From assembly GCA_951406725.2 (NCBI GenBank), contig OX597821.1, positions 54,746,001 through 54,810,000 of the forward strand: a stretch of DNA of 64,000 bases. The letters run 5' to 3'. Positions 37,996 through 52,574 of this stretch are shown piece after piece. Each line of letters starts with the position of its first letter. Within the stretch, counting starts at the first letter, position 1. This stretch comes from Octopus vulgaris (taxonomy: Eukaryota). Below the pieces are notes generated by a model that saw only the letters and a program-made list of their open reading frames with translations, made no database searches and was not told the DNA's origin. The position numbers were made by a program, and so were the translations under genes.

Positions 37996-40568
37996 GCCAC
38001 CAAATAAAGAGAGAGGGAGGGAAAGAGGAAGAGAATATGTGTTTTAGCCTCCTTGCCTTATAAATAAAATGTCGCTATCATACCAACCAGTATTTTTTTG
38101 TTTTCAACCTACAATGAAAACATTTATAGATAAGGGAAAAATATTATCGTTTTTGGACAAAATGGTGAAAGTGAAATGGTGAAATGATGAAAATGGTGTT
38201 TGGACAAAATGGTGAAATGGTGAGAGGAAGAGCATCCAACAATAGAAAATTTGCCTTAATAGAACTCCATTTGACTCACAAAGGCATGGAAGAGTGAACA
38301 TAGAAACACTGATGATAAGAACAATGACGGCAGGTAGTATCAATTAAAGTTTAACTTCACTTAACATCTTATGTATATTTACTACTGCGTGGATTATGTT
38401 GAAATGATTAAATTTTTAATTCTTTAAATCTTTATCTTAGCCTTCAAGCATATAGCCATTTGGGAGCACCATCATCAGGCATGTTACCAGTAACATAAGA
38501 AAGATATCATAGCATAATTAATCTTTATGGAAAACAAATATCAGCAAAATATATGAAAGAAACTAAACTTTCTAAAATCGATTTTAATGCATTCAGTTTA
38601 AGAGAATGAACATTCCTTAAAATATTTTATCTAAAGAAATTCTCACTGGAATATTCTGGAGAATTTCCTTTTCTGATTTAATAGGTAATCTATGATTTAT
38701 TTTGATAATATTCTAATCATGTATGTTGAACATAACCTGTAGTTAAGATCTGTAAAGATAGAGATCTGACATGAAATAATTTGATTGAATTTAATGTGTT
38801 TAAAGTTACAATTTCTTTTGATGAAAATATCTAAAAGTTAATTAAGATGAAGAAAAAAGAGAAAAATGATATTAATGCAGTCTTTCATATTGCTATTTAA
38901 GAAGAAATATATTTCTGTATTATTGACACAGAATTGCACAAATAAACATGAAAAATAATAAAGTAGAAATGAAAATGTTTTCGCTTAGGAGTATTTGTTT
39001 TTTTATATTTTCTTAGTTTATATATCATTTATTAGTTTAGAGTGTGTACGTGCATGTGTGTGCATGTGTATGTATGCATGCAATGCTCATGCATCACACA
39101 CATACATGTCAGAGACACCATCTGCATGAAAAACAATGGCTAGATTAATATTAACATCTTTAAAACATGGATCATTACAAGTTAATTTAAATGAAATATT
39201 CTGTGAGGGAAAATAAAAAAATACAATGTTAGTCTTTGATTTACACTTGTCCTTCAATGCTGTTGCGAGAAGTACAGTGAAGAGAAACCTGTCATTTGTT
39301 GCCTCTCATAGAAAAAGAAAAGCAATACATTTTTCTCCCTCTTCATTGCATATTCATTTCTAATTATCTTTCTAATACTCCCAGTATTAAGATTGTAAAA
39401 ACTAATGCACTTGTTATTATCTGTATTAATCAACCAATCATCAAACAATTCTGTTTTACTCTACAAATTAAATATACAAATTAAAAATAAAGAATAAGAC
39501 CAATGCATACCTAGAGTTATCTTCCATAACTATAAGAAATATGAAAATTCCATAAGTCATTAATTAATACTGTTTCTCTCAACCAAATATTTACCTCTAA
39601 TGTTTTAGTGTTTCAATATCTACTCTTTCTACTAAATTAAAATAATCTACTCCAAGTCTCTTTCATTAATTTCATTGATTCTTTTATTGTTAGGACTGAA
39701 ACTATGAAATATATAGAAAGGATATAAAATTACCCATAGCTCCCACTATCTATCGAATGTTATCGCTAACATACAGAATGGAGGAATATAGAAAAGCATA
39801 AGACAGACATGTCTATATAATTTTATGGCTAACATTAGAATAAGAGGATCATGTTCTTTTATATTCAATAAAATATGAATCCACCACTGCAACATACAAA
39901 GTTAGATATGCACACATGTACACAAGGTTATAGAAATTAATCTCAGCAATGTCAAGGATTGAATGGATGACAAAAGAAGCTCTGTTACTTGTTTCGAAGA
40001 TGAGAAATAAATAAAGATCAAAAGCTGTATGTTGCTGTCAATTTCAAATGTAGATAATAATTTGTTTCTTTTCCATCATTATTGCTTGTATAACTGTTGC
40101 TATTGTCATTCGCTCATTGTTTTCATGCCATTAGTGTTCCTGCAATTGCAGTTGATTCCACAGTTCTTATGGTCAGTTTTTGTGTACTTGTTCTTGTGTG
40201 ATTTCAGATATTCTAGTTTTGTTACTGCTGTTGTTTGCTGTATTTATAAATGCTGCAGATATTGATGTTAGTTTGTTATTTCTGTTGTATACGACATTTA
40301 GCATTCTTGAATACAGCCCTGAAATTTTCTTCATGCATGTTCAGTTCTTGTTCCCAAGAAACTAGTGCTGCTCATCTTCTGGTGATAAGTTATGTATTTT
40401 AAACTGGATATGAAATTTAAGGTAATAATGGACTACATAATATAGATTTTACTCTACGTTTGTACTGTGTAATTTATTTTAGTTTGGGTACCTATCTATC
40501 TATTTATCTCTGTCTCTAGCTGTCTATTTGTTTCTCTCTCTCTCTCTCTTTCTCTTGATATATATATA

Positions 40569-40730
40569 TATATCTGTAAAATAATATGTGACAATTATTT
40601 GGTTGCCAAGAAAAAACTCTGAGTTTTGGATGCCGAGGTGGAAATCCACACCACCATCTCTTCTAAAACTTCTAAAACTCAGTTTTATCTTGGCTACGAA
40701 ATAATTGTCACATATCATTTTACAGATATA
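40569..40730. mobile_element. Foldback element (~60-bp arms) next to (TA)n, with hammerhead remnant
   Basis: tatatctgtaaaataatatgtgacaattattt..gccaag.. is mirrored at 40671-40730. Minus strand reads GAAGA-GATG...CATC-C-AAAA-CTCAGAG-TT. Confidence 0.75.
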
Positions 40731-41513
40731 TTTCCTCTATTTACATAATATTGAAGTCTCTTTCTTTCTTTTGTTATCTTACCGTTTTTACCAATATATA
40801 TATATAATTTAGAACAAACAGTTACACACAATACAAAGCAACAACACAAAGCCAGCTGTTCCTGCAGGGATAAAGATTTGTGCCTGCTAAATGGACCCTG
40901 TATGACTGAGGCCATTATTTATGAAGCCACCGCAAATTCTACGAATGGTGTTTTTATGTGCCACCGACACAGGTGCCAGATGAGGCTGGCGAACGGCCAC
41001 AATCGGATGGTGTTTGTTACGTGCCCACAGCACGGAGGCCAGTCGATGCGGTACTGGCTACCGCCACGTTCGGATGGTTTTCTTGTGTGCCACCGGCACT
41101 GGTACCACAAATATATAAATTCCATTGATGTTCATCTATTTTGATTTGTTTTGATTTGATATATATATATATATATATATATATAGATATATATATATAT
41201 ATCATATTCCTGTGTGGTTAAGAGTTCACTTCCATCCAACATAGATTTGAATTATGCTCCACTGCAAAATACTTTGGGCAATTATCTTTCACTATTGCCT
41301 TTGTTGGCCAAAGCTTTGTGTGTTACTCTGGGAGATAGAATCTGAATGAGACATATATGGGTGTGTATGAGTATGTGAGTAGATAAGTGTGAATGTGTGT
41401 CTGTGTGCATGTGTGTACATGTATACATGAGTATGTGTGAATGCATAGGTAGGTAGGTAGGTAGAGAGGGAGGGAGGGAGGGAGGGAGGAAGGGAGGGAT
41501 GGATGGATGGATG

Positions 41514-41578
<65 letters not shown>

Positions 41579-41594
41579 CTGGATAGCAGAGCAG

Positions 41595-41996
41595 AAAACT
41601 GGCTTCTGTGCCAGTTGCACATAAAATGCACCATTCTTCAAGCGTGATTGTTATCAGCATCACCTTACTGGCACTTGTACCAGTAGCATATGAAAAACAA
41701 CATTCCAGCGAGGTCGTTGCCAGTGCTGTTGTACTGGTTCCTGTGCAGGTGGCATGTAAAAAATACCGTTTGAGCGTGGACGCTGCTAGTACTGCCTGAC
41801 TGACCCTCATGGCAGTGGCATGTAAAAGTACCTACTACGCTCTCGGAGTGGTTGGTGTTAGGAAGGGCATCCAGCTGTAGAAACTATGCCAGATCAGATT
41901 GGAGCCTAGTGCTACCATCTAGTTTGCCAGTCCTCAATCAAATCGTCCAACCCATGCTAGCATGGAAAGCGGACGCTAAACGATGATGATGATGAG
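41595..41996 (+). mobile_element. SINE family A
   Basis: ggttggtgttaggaagggcatccagctgtagaaa...cccatgctagcatggaaagcggacgctaaac(GAT)n. Confidence 0.88.
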
Positions 41997-42619
41997 GAGG
42001 AGAATACATACATATATATATATATATTTATATATACATACACCCATATATGCATACACACATGCACACACACAAAGGAAGTAAGGAAGAGAGAAAAAGA
42101 GATGCATTTCACATATATATACATACTGTATATATATATATATACCTGTATGTATAGATCTATGTAAATATTGATAATGATAATATGCATTTTAATCAAT
42201 AATCAAATTTAGATGAACAAATCGATGACATTTATTTAAGACCTTTCAAACCACTTGAAAGGATTACAGTGATATTTGCCCTGTCATGAGAGCTTTCATA
42301 TATAACTAAATAAATATATGGATCTCACTAAGATCTACTAGATCTGTGATAACCAGAAGTCAAAGAGGAATGTATACTTGAATTTATTGATTTATAGACA
42401 TAACTTATGAAGACGAATTTATCAAACAACATTCATGTGGACATTATGTAATGTGTAACATTCATCATACATACATGCAATGTTATAACATTTATGAGTG
42501 TGCTTGTATGCTTGTGTAGATAAGTGTGTGTGTTTATGTCTCTGTGTATGTGTGTGTATATATATATATACACAGTTATCTCTCAACTATCATGAGGTGT
42601 TAGGTTCCAAACCACCAGT

Positions 42620-42806
42620 GATTAGCCACTACACACATTTTTTTCTCACCTTGTTTCTTCTGTGTCCCTTTCTGTAGAAGAGCGTAGGCTCGAAATGTTA
42701 AAGACTTTTTCTATTCCTGAGCATTATACTAATACATCTGTTTGTTTTGTACACCACCTGTCTTCGTCTTTTGTTTTTTCGTAAACTCTCCCTATATATA
42801 TATATA
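42620..42806 (+). mobile_element. Short element ending in (TA)n with hammerhead-like motif (42668-42703)
   Basis: CTTT-CTGTAGA-A-GAGC-GTAG-GCTC-GAAA-TG-TT-AAAG. Confidence 0.65.
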
Positions 42807-42808
42807 CA

Positions 42809-43024
42809 TTTCTTTATTACCCTCAGGGGGTTCAACATAGGGAGGACAAACAAAAACAGACAACGGGATTAAGTTGGTTACATTGAACCCAGATACTTAT
42901 TTAATTGACCCCAAAAGCATGAAAGGCAAAGTTGACTTCAGCAGAATTTGAACTCAGAACATAGCAGCAGACGAAATACCACTAAGCATTTCACCCAGCA
43001 AGCTAACAATTCTGCCAGCTCGCC
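42809..43024 (-). mobile_element. SINE family C (same tail variant as 4742)
   Basis: Reverse complement ggcgagctggcagaattg...gagttcaaattctgc...gtaataaagaaa. Confidence 0.85.
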
Positions 43025-43028
43025 TCTG

Positions 43029-43088
<60 letters not shown>

Positions 43089-43102
43089 CATACATACATA
43101 CA

Positions 43103-43209
<107 letters not shown>

Positions 43210-43327
43210 CAATGAGGCTGAAAAAAATTAGATATTAATTCAATAATACCCTTCGCTTGGTATTATATATATATATATACACATACACAAGCACGCACAC
43301 ACACTATGTATTTGTCTATACACACAT

Positions 43328-43830
43328 ATCATCATCATCCTCATCATCACTTAACGTCCATAGTTCATGCTGGTATGGGTTAGATTGCTTGACATGAGTT
43401 GGCTTGTCGGAGAGCTGTCCAGACTCCAATTGTCTCTTTTGGCATGGTTTCTTCAGCTGGATGCCCTTCCTAACACCAACCATTTTACAAAGTGAACTGA
43501 GTGCTTTTTACATGTCACCAGCATGGGTTCATTTTATGTGGCACTGGTACTAGTGCACTTTATGTAGCACCTGTATGAGTGTATTTTACGTGACACTAGC
43601 ACCTGTAAGACAAAGTCCTTTTAGCTGGGCGAGGAAGTGAGGGTCATGCTCATAAAGGACATGCCTCTATGTTTGGATGACCACAATGTTTCTTAGCCTG
43701 ACATGTCCTCTCAAGTACAGAAAATTTCTATAAATCCTGGTCCCTTCTTATCTCCTCAGTGAGGCCTAGCATCTGAAGATCCTTTCTCACCACTTTGTCC
43801 CATGTCTTCCTCAGTCTACCCCTTTCACCA
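43328..43830 (-). mobile_element. SINE family A / RTE-derived relic
   Basis: (CAT)n-ttaacgtcc...cagctggatgcccttcctaacaccaacc. Confidence 0.75.
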
Positions 43831-44089
43831 TAAACATTTACATATGTTTAGATATACATATATATATCCAAACATGTATATGCATATATACATGTATAAG
43901 GACGACAATAACTTAAAAACTTATAAAAATCTGCCTCCTAACCTTGTGCTGGCTAATTTTGAAAATTATCTTCTAATGATTATGAATATTTAATTATCGA
44001 ATTAGATGAATTCATTCCAAAAGGACTTCCCCTGAATTTTCTTAAGGATGAAAAATTTGTCAAATTTGTATGTTTTTCAGATTGATATG

Positions 44090-45450
44090 TATACCAATTT
44101 TCTATCTGAGGAACTTAGTGGAAATTAGGCACACTCGTTGGAATGCTCATAAAGATAATCAACAACCTCCACTTTAAGCTGATCACAGACCTCAGATTAC
44201 TTAATTGAACAAAACCCTGTATCCCTCCACTTCACCCTGAAGGACTACAAGCCTGACTTCTCCATCAAACCTTTTACTAAACGTATTTGTCCACTAAGTT
44301 GGATTTAGTGATGAAAAAGCTAAGCTTCTGCTTTGCATCTGTACTAGTGAGGTCGTCATTTTGTGCTCACTTCTTTTAGTTTGCTATTTCAAATTATTAC
44401 ACTCCCACATCCTCCAAGAAACTCACACCCTGCTCTCTGTCAGGCATCAACATTAATCTTAGCTGTGAGGAAAACACTTTTCTTTTAATAACAATATATA
44501 TAATATTCCATAATTTCTCTACAGATCTCTGTTATAACCATGGGATCCTCAGTTTCTGCTCATGTTATTGACCTAGTTGGTCTTTTACTTCTATCTTAGA
44601 TAAACCAGCTCTGCCCTATCCTATCCAGAGGTCTATAAGGGATTATGCTCTTCTCACAGCCATGGTTATGTCTCGACTATCTGCTGAGTGTAGCTGGAAG
44701 GCCCTCCAAAAGTTCTTTAATAATTATAATCTTACTCATTTGAAAATGGCACTAACTTCTTAGATGGAACACTTGATTAAGAAGCTAACCGATAATACCC
44801 TTACCAAATGAGTTATTACAATATCACAATGTCCTATCTAATCACCCTGGATTTGCCCTTAGTAGCATTATCACTGGTGATTCAATCAAGATTTCTAACC
44901 TATCAGCTATTGAAGATATGCCCTATACTATAACCAAACTCTCCCAAATAGAGGCTTCTGCAAGTGGATCCCATACATACCCAACACTAGACTAAAAACG
45001 AAAGTCACACTTCTCTTTCTTAGTGTTGAATCTAAGCCTGCAAGTCTTGCCTCTACCCATCCACATCCCATCACTCTGCAACTGAATTACCCTGCAGCCA
45101 ATATTTGCCCCATATTCCAGCCACATTGAAGGTTGAATTATCTCCAGACTCCCCATGCTAGCCTGCCTATCACTATGCCACATCCTAAGCCCTCATAGGG
45201 CAGAAAGTGGGAAGTCTTATGTCTTGCATCATCATTCTCTCTTCAGGTTATATTTTTACCCAAGCTATTCTTCAAAATCCTAAGTTCTAATTTCCCACCA
45301 TATTATAGATATTACTATCTTCAATAAATCTACAATTAAAATTTCACACTCTGCTACACTAACCTGGGATCAATAATTGCCCCTTCCAATAGGCAGGTCC
45401 TACAAACTATTCACCTGGACCCCCACCCTAACACACTAGATACTAATACT
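44090..45450 (-). mobile_element. Probable very old LINE relic
   Basis: Compositionally distinct C-rich block with only fragmentary RT-like peptides. Clade not assignable. Confidence 0.3.
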
Positions 45451-45607
45451 ATGCACTGTTTATCTTGATATGAGATCACCATGTTGCACACATGGTTGTA
45501 ATGCATGTGCCTGGTGTACCCTTATCATTTGGGTAGTCATGATGGGTATACTGGGCTTCACATAATTTACTCCAGTGTCACTTTGATGGCATGCACTACA
45601 CTCTTTC
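45451..45607 (+). mobile_element. 5'-truncated family D copy ending in (AAT)10
   Basis: Reverse complement of 35023-35180 with an intact 3' end. The AAT tract at 45608-45637 is shared with a SINE C tail. Confidence 0.85.
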
Positions 45608-45637
45608 AATAATAATAATAATAATAATAATAATAAT

Positions 45638-45838
45638 CCTTTCTACTAAAAGCACAAGGCCTGAAATTTGTGGGGAGGGGCATTGTTGATTACATTGACC
45701 TCAGTGTTTCCTTGGTACTTAATTTATCAACCCCCAAAGGATGAAAAGCAAAGACAAACTCAGCAGAATTTGAACTCAGAATGAAGCGACAGACAAAATA
45801 CTGATAAGCATTTCACTTGCACGCTAATGATTTAGCCA
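45638..45838 (-). mobile_element. SINE family C with (ATT)n tail
   Basis: cctttctact..gcacaaggcctgaaattt...gaatttgaactcagaa. Confidence 0.85.
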
Positions 45839-46642
45839 ACAATGATAAATATTTTAGCCAATGCAGTTAAGCTATACATTTAAAAAGTGATGTATTCTGG
45901 GATCAAATACTTCTTGCCTTATTATGGCTATACACCATTCATAATAACATTGAGTTTGTTAATAACGCAAGCTCCAGTTATAGAAAGAATTGCATGTTTG
46001 AAGAATATCTTAATAGACATGTTTATGCCCCTGGTTATATTTGTGTTTTGCAAATATATGTGTGTCGTATACAGAATTAAATTTACAACTAAGTCAATTT
46101 TGTGTGATTTATACTGACGTTTTTGGCTTTCTTTAATTTCTAATAACATCCAGGGAACAAGACCCAATGGACTGAGTTGAATTATGGCACCAATGATCAG
46201 GATTTCAAAATTCTAAATTAAAAGCCTTCAATTCATTCATCCAAACACAAGAGATCCAATAAACTTAACTGTGGACTCTTTAACATTAAAGTCAAAGAAT
46301 AAACAATATATTTGCCATAGCAGTGCACATCATCATGAAAAGAATTGAATTAGAATCAACAATTTATGGTATCATGCATTTCCAATGATGTAAATTATGC
46401 AAAAAGAAAATAAACAATCAAAACAAACAAAAACAAAATTTGAGAAATTCAATCAGGATTTTTTAATTCCAGGCATGGCTGTATGGTTAAGAAGTTTTCC
46501 TCCCAACTACATGATTTCCGGTTCTACTGCATGGCACTTTGGGCAAATATTTTCAACTATAGCCCAGGGATGATCAAAGCCTTGTGGGTAGATTTGTTCG
46601 ATGGAAACTGAAAAAAACCCATTGTGTGTGTGTGTCTCTCTC

Positions 46643-46690
<48 letters not shown>

Positions 46691-46810
46691 CAGACTTACA
46701 ATGTGCATTTTTGTTGATTTTTCTTATTTTAGCCTTACATTTCCATGTGTATTTTATATTTTATTTTATATTTTCTTATTATATTTTATTTTATTTTTAT
46801 AACATATTTC

Positions 46811-46851
<41 letters not shown>

Positions 46852-49800
46852 ATATACATATTCATTTATTTATGTAAAACTGTTTTCCTTTCTGAGAATG
46901 CATCAATGTCTGACAGGTAGCTAAAACAGATTTAGTTTACAAAATTATCATTATATACTGTATATCTTTGTATTCAATGTAGATACATTTATACAATATA
47001 GTATATTGTGTGTGTGTGTGTGAGATAACATATATATTTTTGTGGGAAGTAGAGAGATTTAGGGCAGAGAGGGAGAGTATCCATTTATGTGATTGTTTAT
47101 ACACGTTTGTGTGTGTATATGTGTGAGCAAGAGTGATACTCTATCTATGTAAGTGTATGTGCTATATGTGTATGTTGTATGTGTATGTGTTTATCTGATA
47201 AAACAGACTAGTGATGAAAGAGAAGATGGCATCAGTAATTGCATGTGTGTGTGATAGAGAGAGAGAGAGAAAGAGAAAATGAATGAGAGAAAGAAAATAT
47301 ATTTGTAATGTGTGTGTGTGTTTGTGTGCATGTGTGGGAGTAAGTGTGTGTGTTCACTTATCTAAAAATTCAGTTGGAGAGATTGAACAGAGGAAGAAAA
47401 ATGTTGAATGTTGCACAGTCAAGAACAGCAAACAGGACAGCATTTCAATGCTGAGTGGAGTAAAGCCATTAGATTTCTATATTCTATAGAGACTGGAGTG
47501 ATAACATGGAGAACGGTGGATGGTATTTAATGGGTAGACATAGAAAAGAAGATAGATGGAGAAGTGAGTGTAGGCAGGGTGCAAAATTATGATAGAGAAA
47601 AAAATAGGAGAAAATTTGATAAGAATAAAACTGAAGGAGTGAGTATTAAACAGAGAGAGAGAGAAAGAGAGGTGGGGAGGAATAAGTGTGATAGATATAG
47701 AGAGGAAGAGAAAAAGAGTGAAATAGTAAGGGAGATTTAAGTTGAATATATATGTGAAACAAAGTAAGAGTTGAGTGATAAAAAGAGACAACGTATAAGA
47801 GGAGGGAAATAAAGAATTGAGAAAATGATGAAAATAGGACAGAGGGCAACAGATAAAAAGCAAAAGAGAGATGAGTGGAAAAGAAAAAGAAAAGAAAAGA
47901 AAAGAAATTAAAAAAAAGACATAGCATCTTCTAAGTAAAAGATTGAAATTCTTAGAATTGTTGATATACAAAATATAAATAAATAATAATAAATAGAAAA
48001 GAATAAAGAAAAACAAGACAAAAGTTGAATTATTAATAACGATACAAATACAATGATAAAAGGCTTGGAGCAACTATTTGAATTGTGGTTGTAGATGTTG
48101 ATACTGTTGTCATCATAAATAAAACATTTTAATCTAATAGTGAAATTTCAAACTGAAATAAAAATGTTCTTTATCAAACAACATGTTTGTTAATGAAATT
48201 GATGGAATAATCAAAAATTAATTTTGAAACTATGAAGGTGAATATTTTGTGACATTATGTTAAGGTAGTATATTCCTGCTTTGCTTCAATCTCACAATTT
48301 CAAAGAATGCCTTTCATCACCATAATTCTTTAAACATCCATTTCCCATTCTAGCATGAATTGGCTGGTTTGATAATCAGTTCAAGGACTGCATCATGCTC
48401 CAATATCTGCTTTGGCATGGTTTCTACAGCTGAATACCCTTCTCAATGCCAACCACTTTACAATGTGTACTGGGTGCATTTTCATGGCAGCAACACTAGT
48501 GAAGCCTAAAAGACTTAGATTGCCTTTGACTGAGTGGAGCTACAGTAGAGGGGAAGTTGGATTTATGCTTTGAGATAAGGCATAAAAGTGAGAGAGAGGG
48601 GTCAAAATAGGACAGTTTTGTGCTTTAGTGGAACTGGAAGTGGTCATTATAGAACTGGAAAAAAAACTTTTAAAATGGTGGAACAAGTGTTGAGGGATGA
48701 AAAGTAGGAAAAGTAATTGGCTTTGTGATCCTTAAGTGTGATACAGGCACATGTCACAAGGCAGCCTACATGATCTATCTTCAGAAGAATGGTTAGTTCC
48801 TCCACTTTAATGCCCATGTCATTGGAAGTTTTGATGATGGTGTTTTAGCAAGACATTTTCTAAGATTAAAGCAAAACTCCTTCATAAGTTGAGATGAGGA
48901 AAATCTCTACCTGCCAGACCCACTTTATCTGGAGACTCTGATAACAAGGTTACAACTGTCCTAACATCACAAGAAACATCCTTGCCAGTGCCCTCATCTT
49001 ACTCATAGAAATTGGTGATTGTCACTTCTGCCTCCATGGAAAACTGTATAGACTCCAGTAACCTATAGTATTCATCAATAGTAAGACTGACATATCTTGT
49101 TGTTATCACAAGAGGCATCATTAAATTAACTTAAAACTATTGACTGCTGATAAACCAGAAATACCACTCTAGGGCTGCTGAGCCAGCTCACACACAATTT
49201 CTGGATATATAATCCCCACAGCACCAGAAGCTTGTCTGTTCAGCAAATGCAGAATATGGTTCAATGTCATCTGATTATACATATGCCATGCAACCATGCA
49301 TATCATGTGAACTGACATCTGACCTGATTCCACCAAACCATCTACTTCCCCAGGGTTATTGTAACTGAATGCTGACAAATTGACAATTATATTCTATCTG
49401 TTCATGATCATGTGGTGCATGTATTAAAAGAACTGTTGTTACTGGCTTGCCAAAGCACCCATGTGACCTGAACTAAGCAACTGAGTTCTAAATATTTTCA
49501 GCTAGAAACCATTTTAAAATATCTTTTAAATTCTCTCCTCTATGTCCATTGTACATCTTATGCTGTAGATGTGTTCTGGACCCATGAAACTATAACTAAT
49601 GTAGAACTAATTCTAACTGTTATTAAATACTTACAACTCTAAGTGTTGAGAACTACTTTCACTTGTTTCTTCAGCCACTCTTGTACACATGTGTGCTTCT
49701 GCCTCTGTGTGTGTGTGTGTTTGTGTGTGTGTATGTATGTGTCTGTGTGAGTGTGTGTGTATGTGTGTGTGTGTGTGTGTGTGTGTATAATGACATGGGT

Positions 49801-50279
49801 GCATAAACACAGATATGCTGTTATTAAGAAACTACAATTATTAGTTCTTAGAATAATAGAACACATCTCTCTTTGTATCTGTTTATCTGTCTGTCTGCTT
49901 GTCTGTCTGTTTGCCTGTCTCTTTCTCTGTCTGTCTGCCTCTCTTTCTTTCTCTCTCTCTCTCTCTCACTCTCTCTCTCTCTCACTCTCTCTCTCCATCT
50001 CTCCCTCTCTCCCTCTCCATGAAATCATAGCTTCAAGCAGCATTTAACAAATAACCACATAATACATTGATGTCTAAATAATGACAAAAGAAAGCAAACA
50101 GTTCTGACAATAATGTAAAGAAACCGATACATCGATGTTTGCTAGAGTAATAAAGATAACATGCAATGAAAGATAAATTCAGGGGGAAACAGCTGAAAAT
50201 AAGTCAAAGGAAATAGTAAAGAATGCACACAATTCTCTATATACTAACATGGTGAACTTTATAACTTTTATTCTCTGTA

Positions 50280-50800
<521 letters not shown>

Positions 50801-50842
50801 GAGTATATATGTATATATGTGTGTGTGTGTATGTGTGTATAA

Positions 50843-50885
<43 letters not shown>

Positions 50886-50910
50886 TATAAATATATGTGT
50901 GTGTGTATAA

Positions 50911-50960
<50 letters not shown>

Positions 50961-51510
50961 TCCAGGCCCTACACTACTAGCACACAAAGCTAAACGACAT
51001 GCAGACAGGATACACTGGCTCAGAGGGTATTGAAATACCTGAATCAAAATCAGTGTGTGATTTATTGAGGTCAATAAATTAAGTACCAGTTACATACTGG
51101 GGTCGATCTAATTGACTGGCCCCCTCCCCGAAAATTTCGGGCCTTGTGCCTAGAGTAGCAAAGAAATATGTGCATTCCATACTTATCACATTAACATTTA
51201 ATGTCTATCTTCCATGCTGGCAAGGGTTGGGCTGTCTAACAAGACTGTATCAAGTTTTGACCAGATTCTACAGCTGGATACCCTTTTTAAAACCCTCTTT
51301 ACCAAGTGAGCTGGGTGCTTTATGTGGCACCGGTGAGGTCACCAAGCAACTTGCAAAGACCTCTCAACTGAGAGAAGGAGTACTGAAGGAAATGGTTTTG
51401 TGACAGGTGATGAGAGGCTACACTATGATACAGGGACTAGAGGAAATACATGGGTATCCCAGTCAATGAAAATAGAGAGAGGGGATATATATAAATATAT
51501 ATATATATAT

Positions 51511-51922
51511 CATCATCATCATTGTTTAACGTCCGTTTTCCGTGCTAGCTCGGGTTGGTCGGTTCGACCAGGGTCTGGGAAGCCAGGAGGCTGCACCAGG
51601 CTCCAGTCTGATCTGGCAGTGTTTCTACAGCTGGATGCCCTTCCTATCGCCAACCACTCCATGAGTGTAGTGCGTGCTTTTTATGTGCCACCAGCACAGG
51701 TGCCAGGGGAGGCTGGCAGTGGCCACAATCGGTTGGTGCTTTTTACGTGCCACTGGCACAGAAGCCAGTCAAGGTGGCACTGGCATCGGCCACGTTCAGA
51801 TGGTGCTTTTTACGTGCCACCGGCACAGGTATCACAACTACAATTTCCATTTGATATTTATTTTGATGTTGATGTACGTGACTCAATAGGTCTCCTCAAG
51901 CACAGCAGGTCACATGCCACGG

Positions 51923-51925
<3 letters not shown>
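51511..51925 (-). mobile_element. SINE family A, long copy
   Basis: Near-identical to 32169-32475 and extends further 5'. Confidence 0.9.
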
Positions 51926-51960
<35 letters not shown>

Positions 51961-52327
51961 CAGCATGGAAGATATGCCAGGGTGCACCTTCAAAGGAGCT
52001 GAATGTAAATGGAGTGGTACTGAGGCCGGTATGGGTTAAGTGAGTTCACAAGAGAGCAAAAAGTGAATGGGAGATAGAGGGGGAAGGGAAACAGAATGCA
52101 GTGTGCAGTGAACACAGATATATATGTGTGTTTGTATGCAACAATATATATATGTATATATACATTGGAACTTGGCACAATCCTCAAGTTTGTCGGGTTT
52201 CTGTCAAACCGCCAAACCCATGCTGACTTGGAAAATGGATGTATGATGATAAATGATGATGATGAGAATATATGCATGTATATACAACTATATGTGTGTG
52301 TGTGTGTGTATGTGTGTATATATATAT

Positions 52328-52388
<61 letters not shown>

Positions 52389-52447
52389 TACAAATATATA
52401 TATGTACACAAAAATATGGGTATATAAATATATATATATACACACAA

Positions 52448-52489
<42 letters not shown>

Positions 52490-52532
52490 CACACAAAAAG
52501 ATATATATATATATATACACACACACAAAAAG

Positions 52533-52574
<42 letters not shown>

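Noticed and set aside
39245-39295. Possible minus-strand exon (FLFTVLLATALKDK)
   Set aside because: Purine-rich acceptor context and no good donor.
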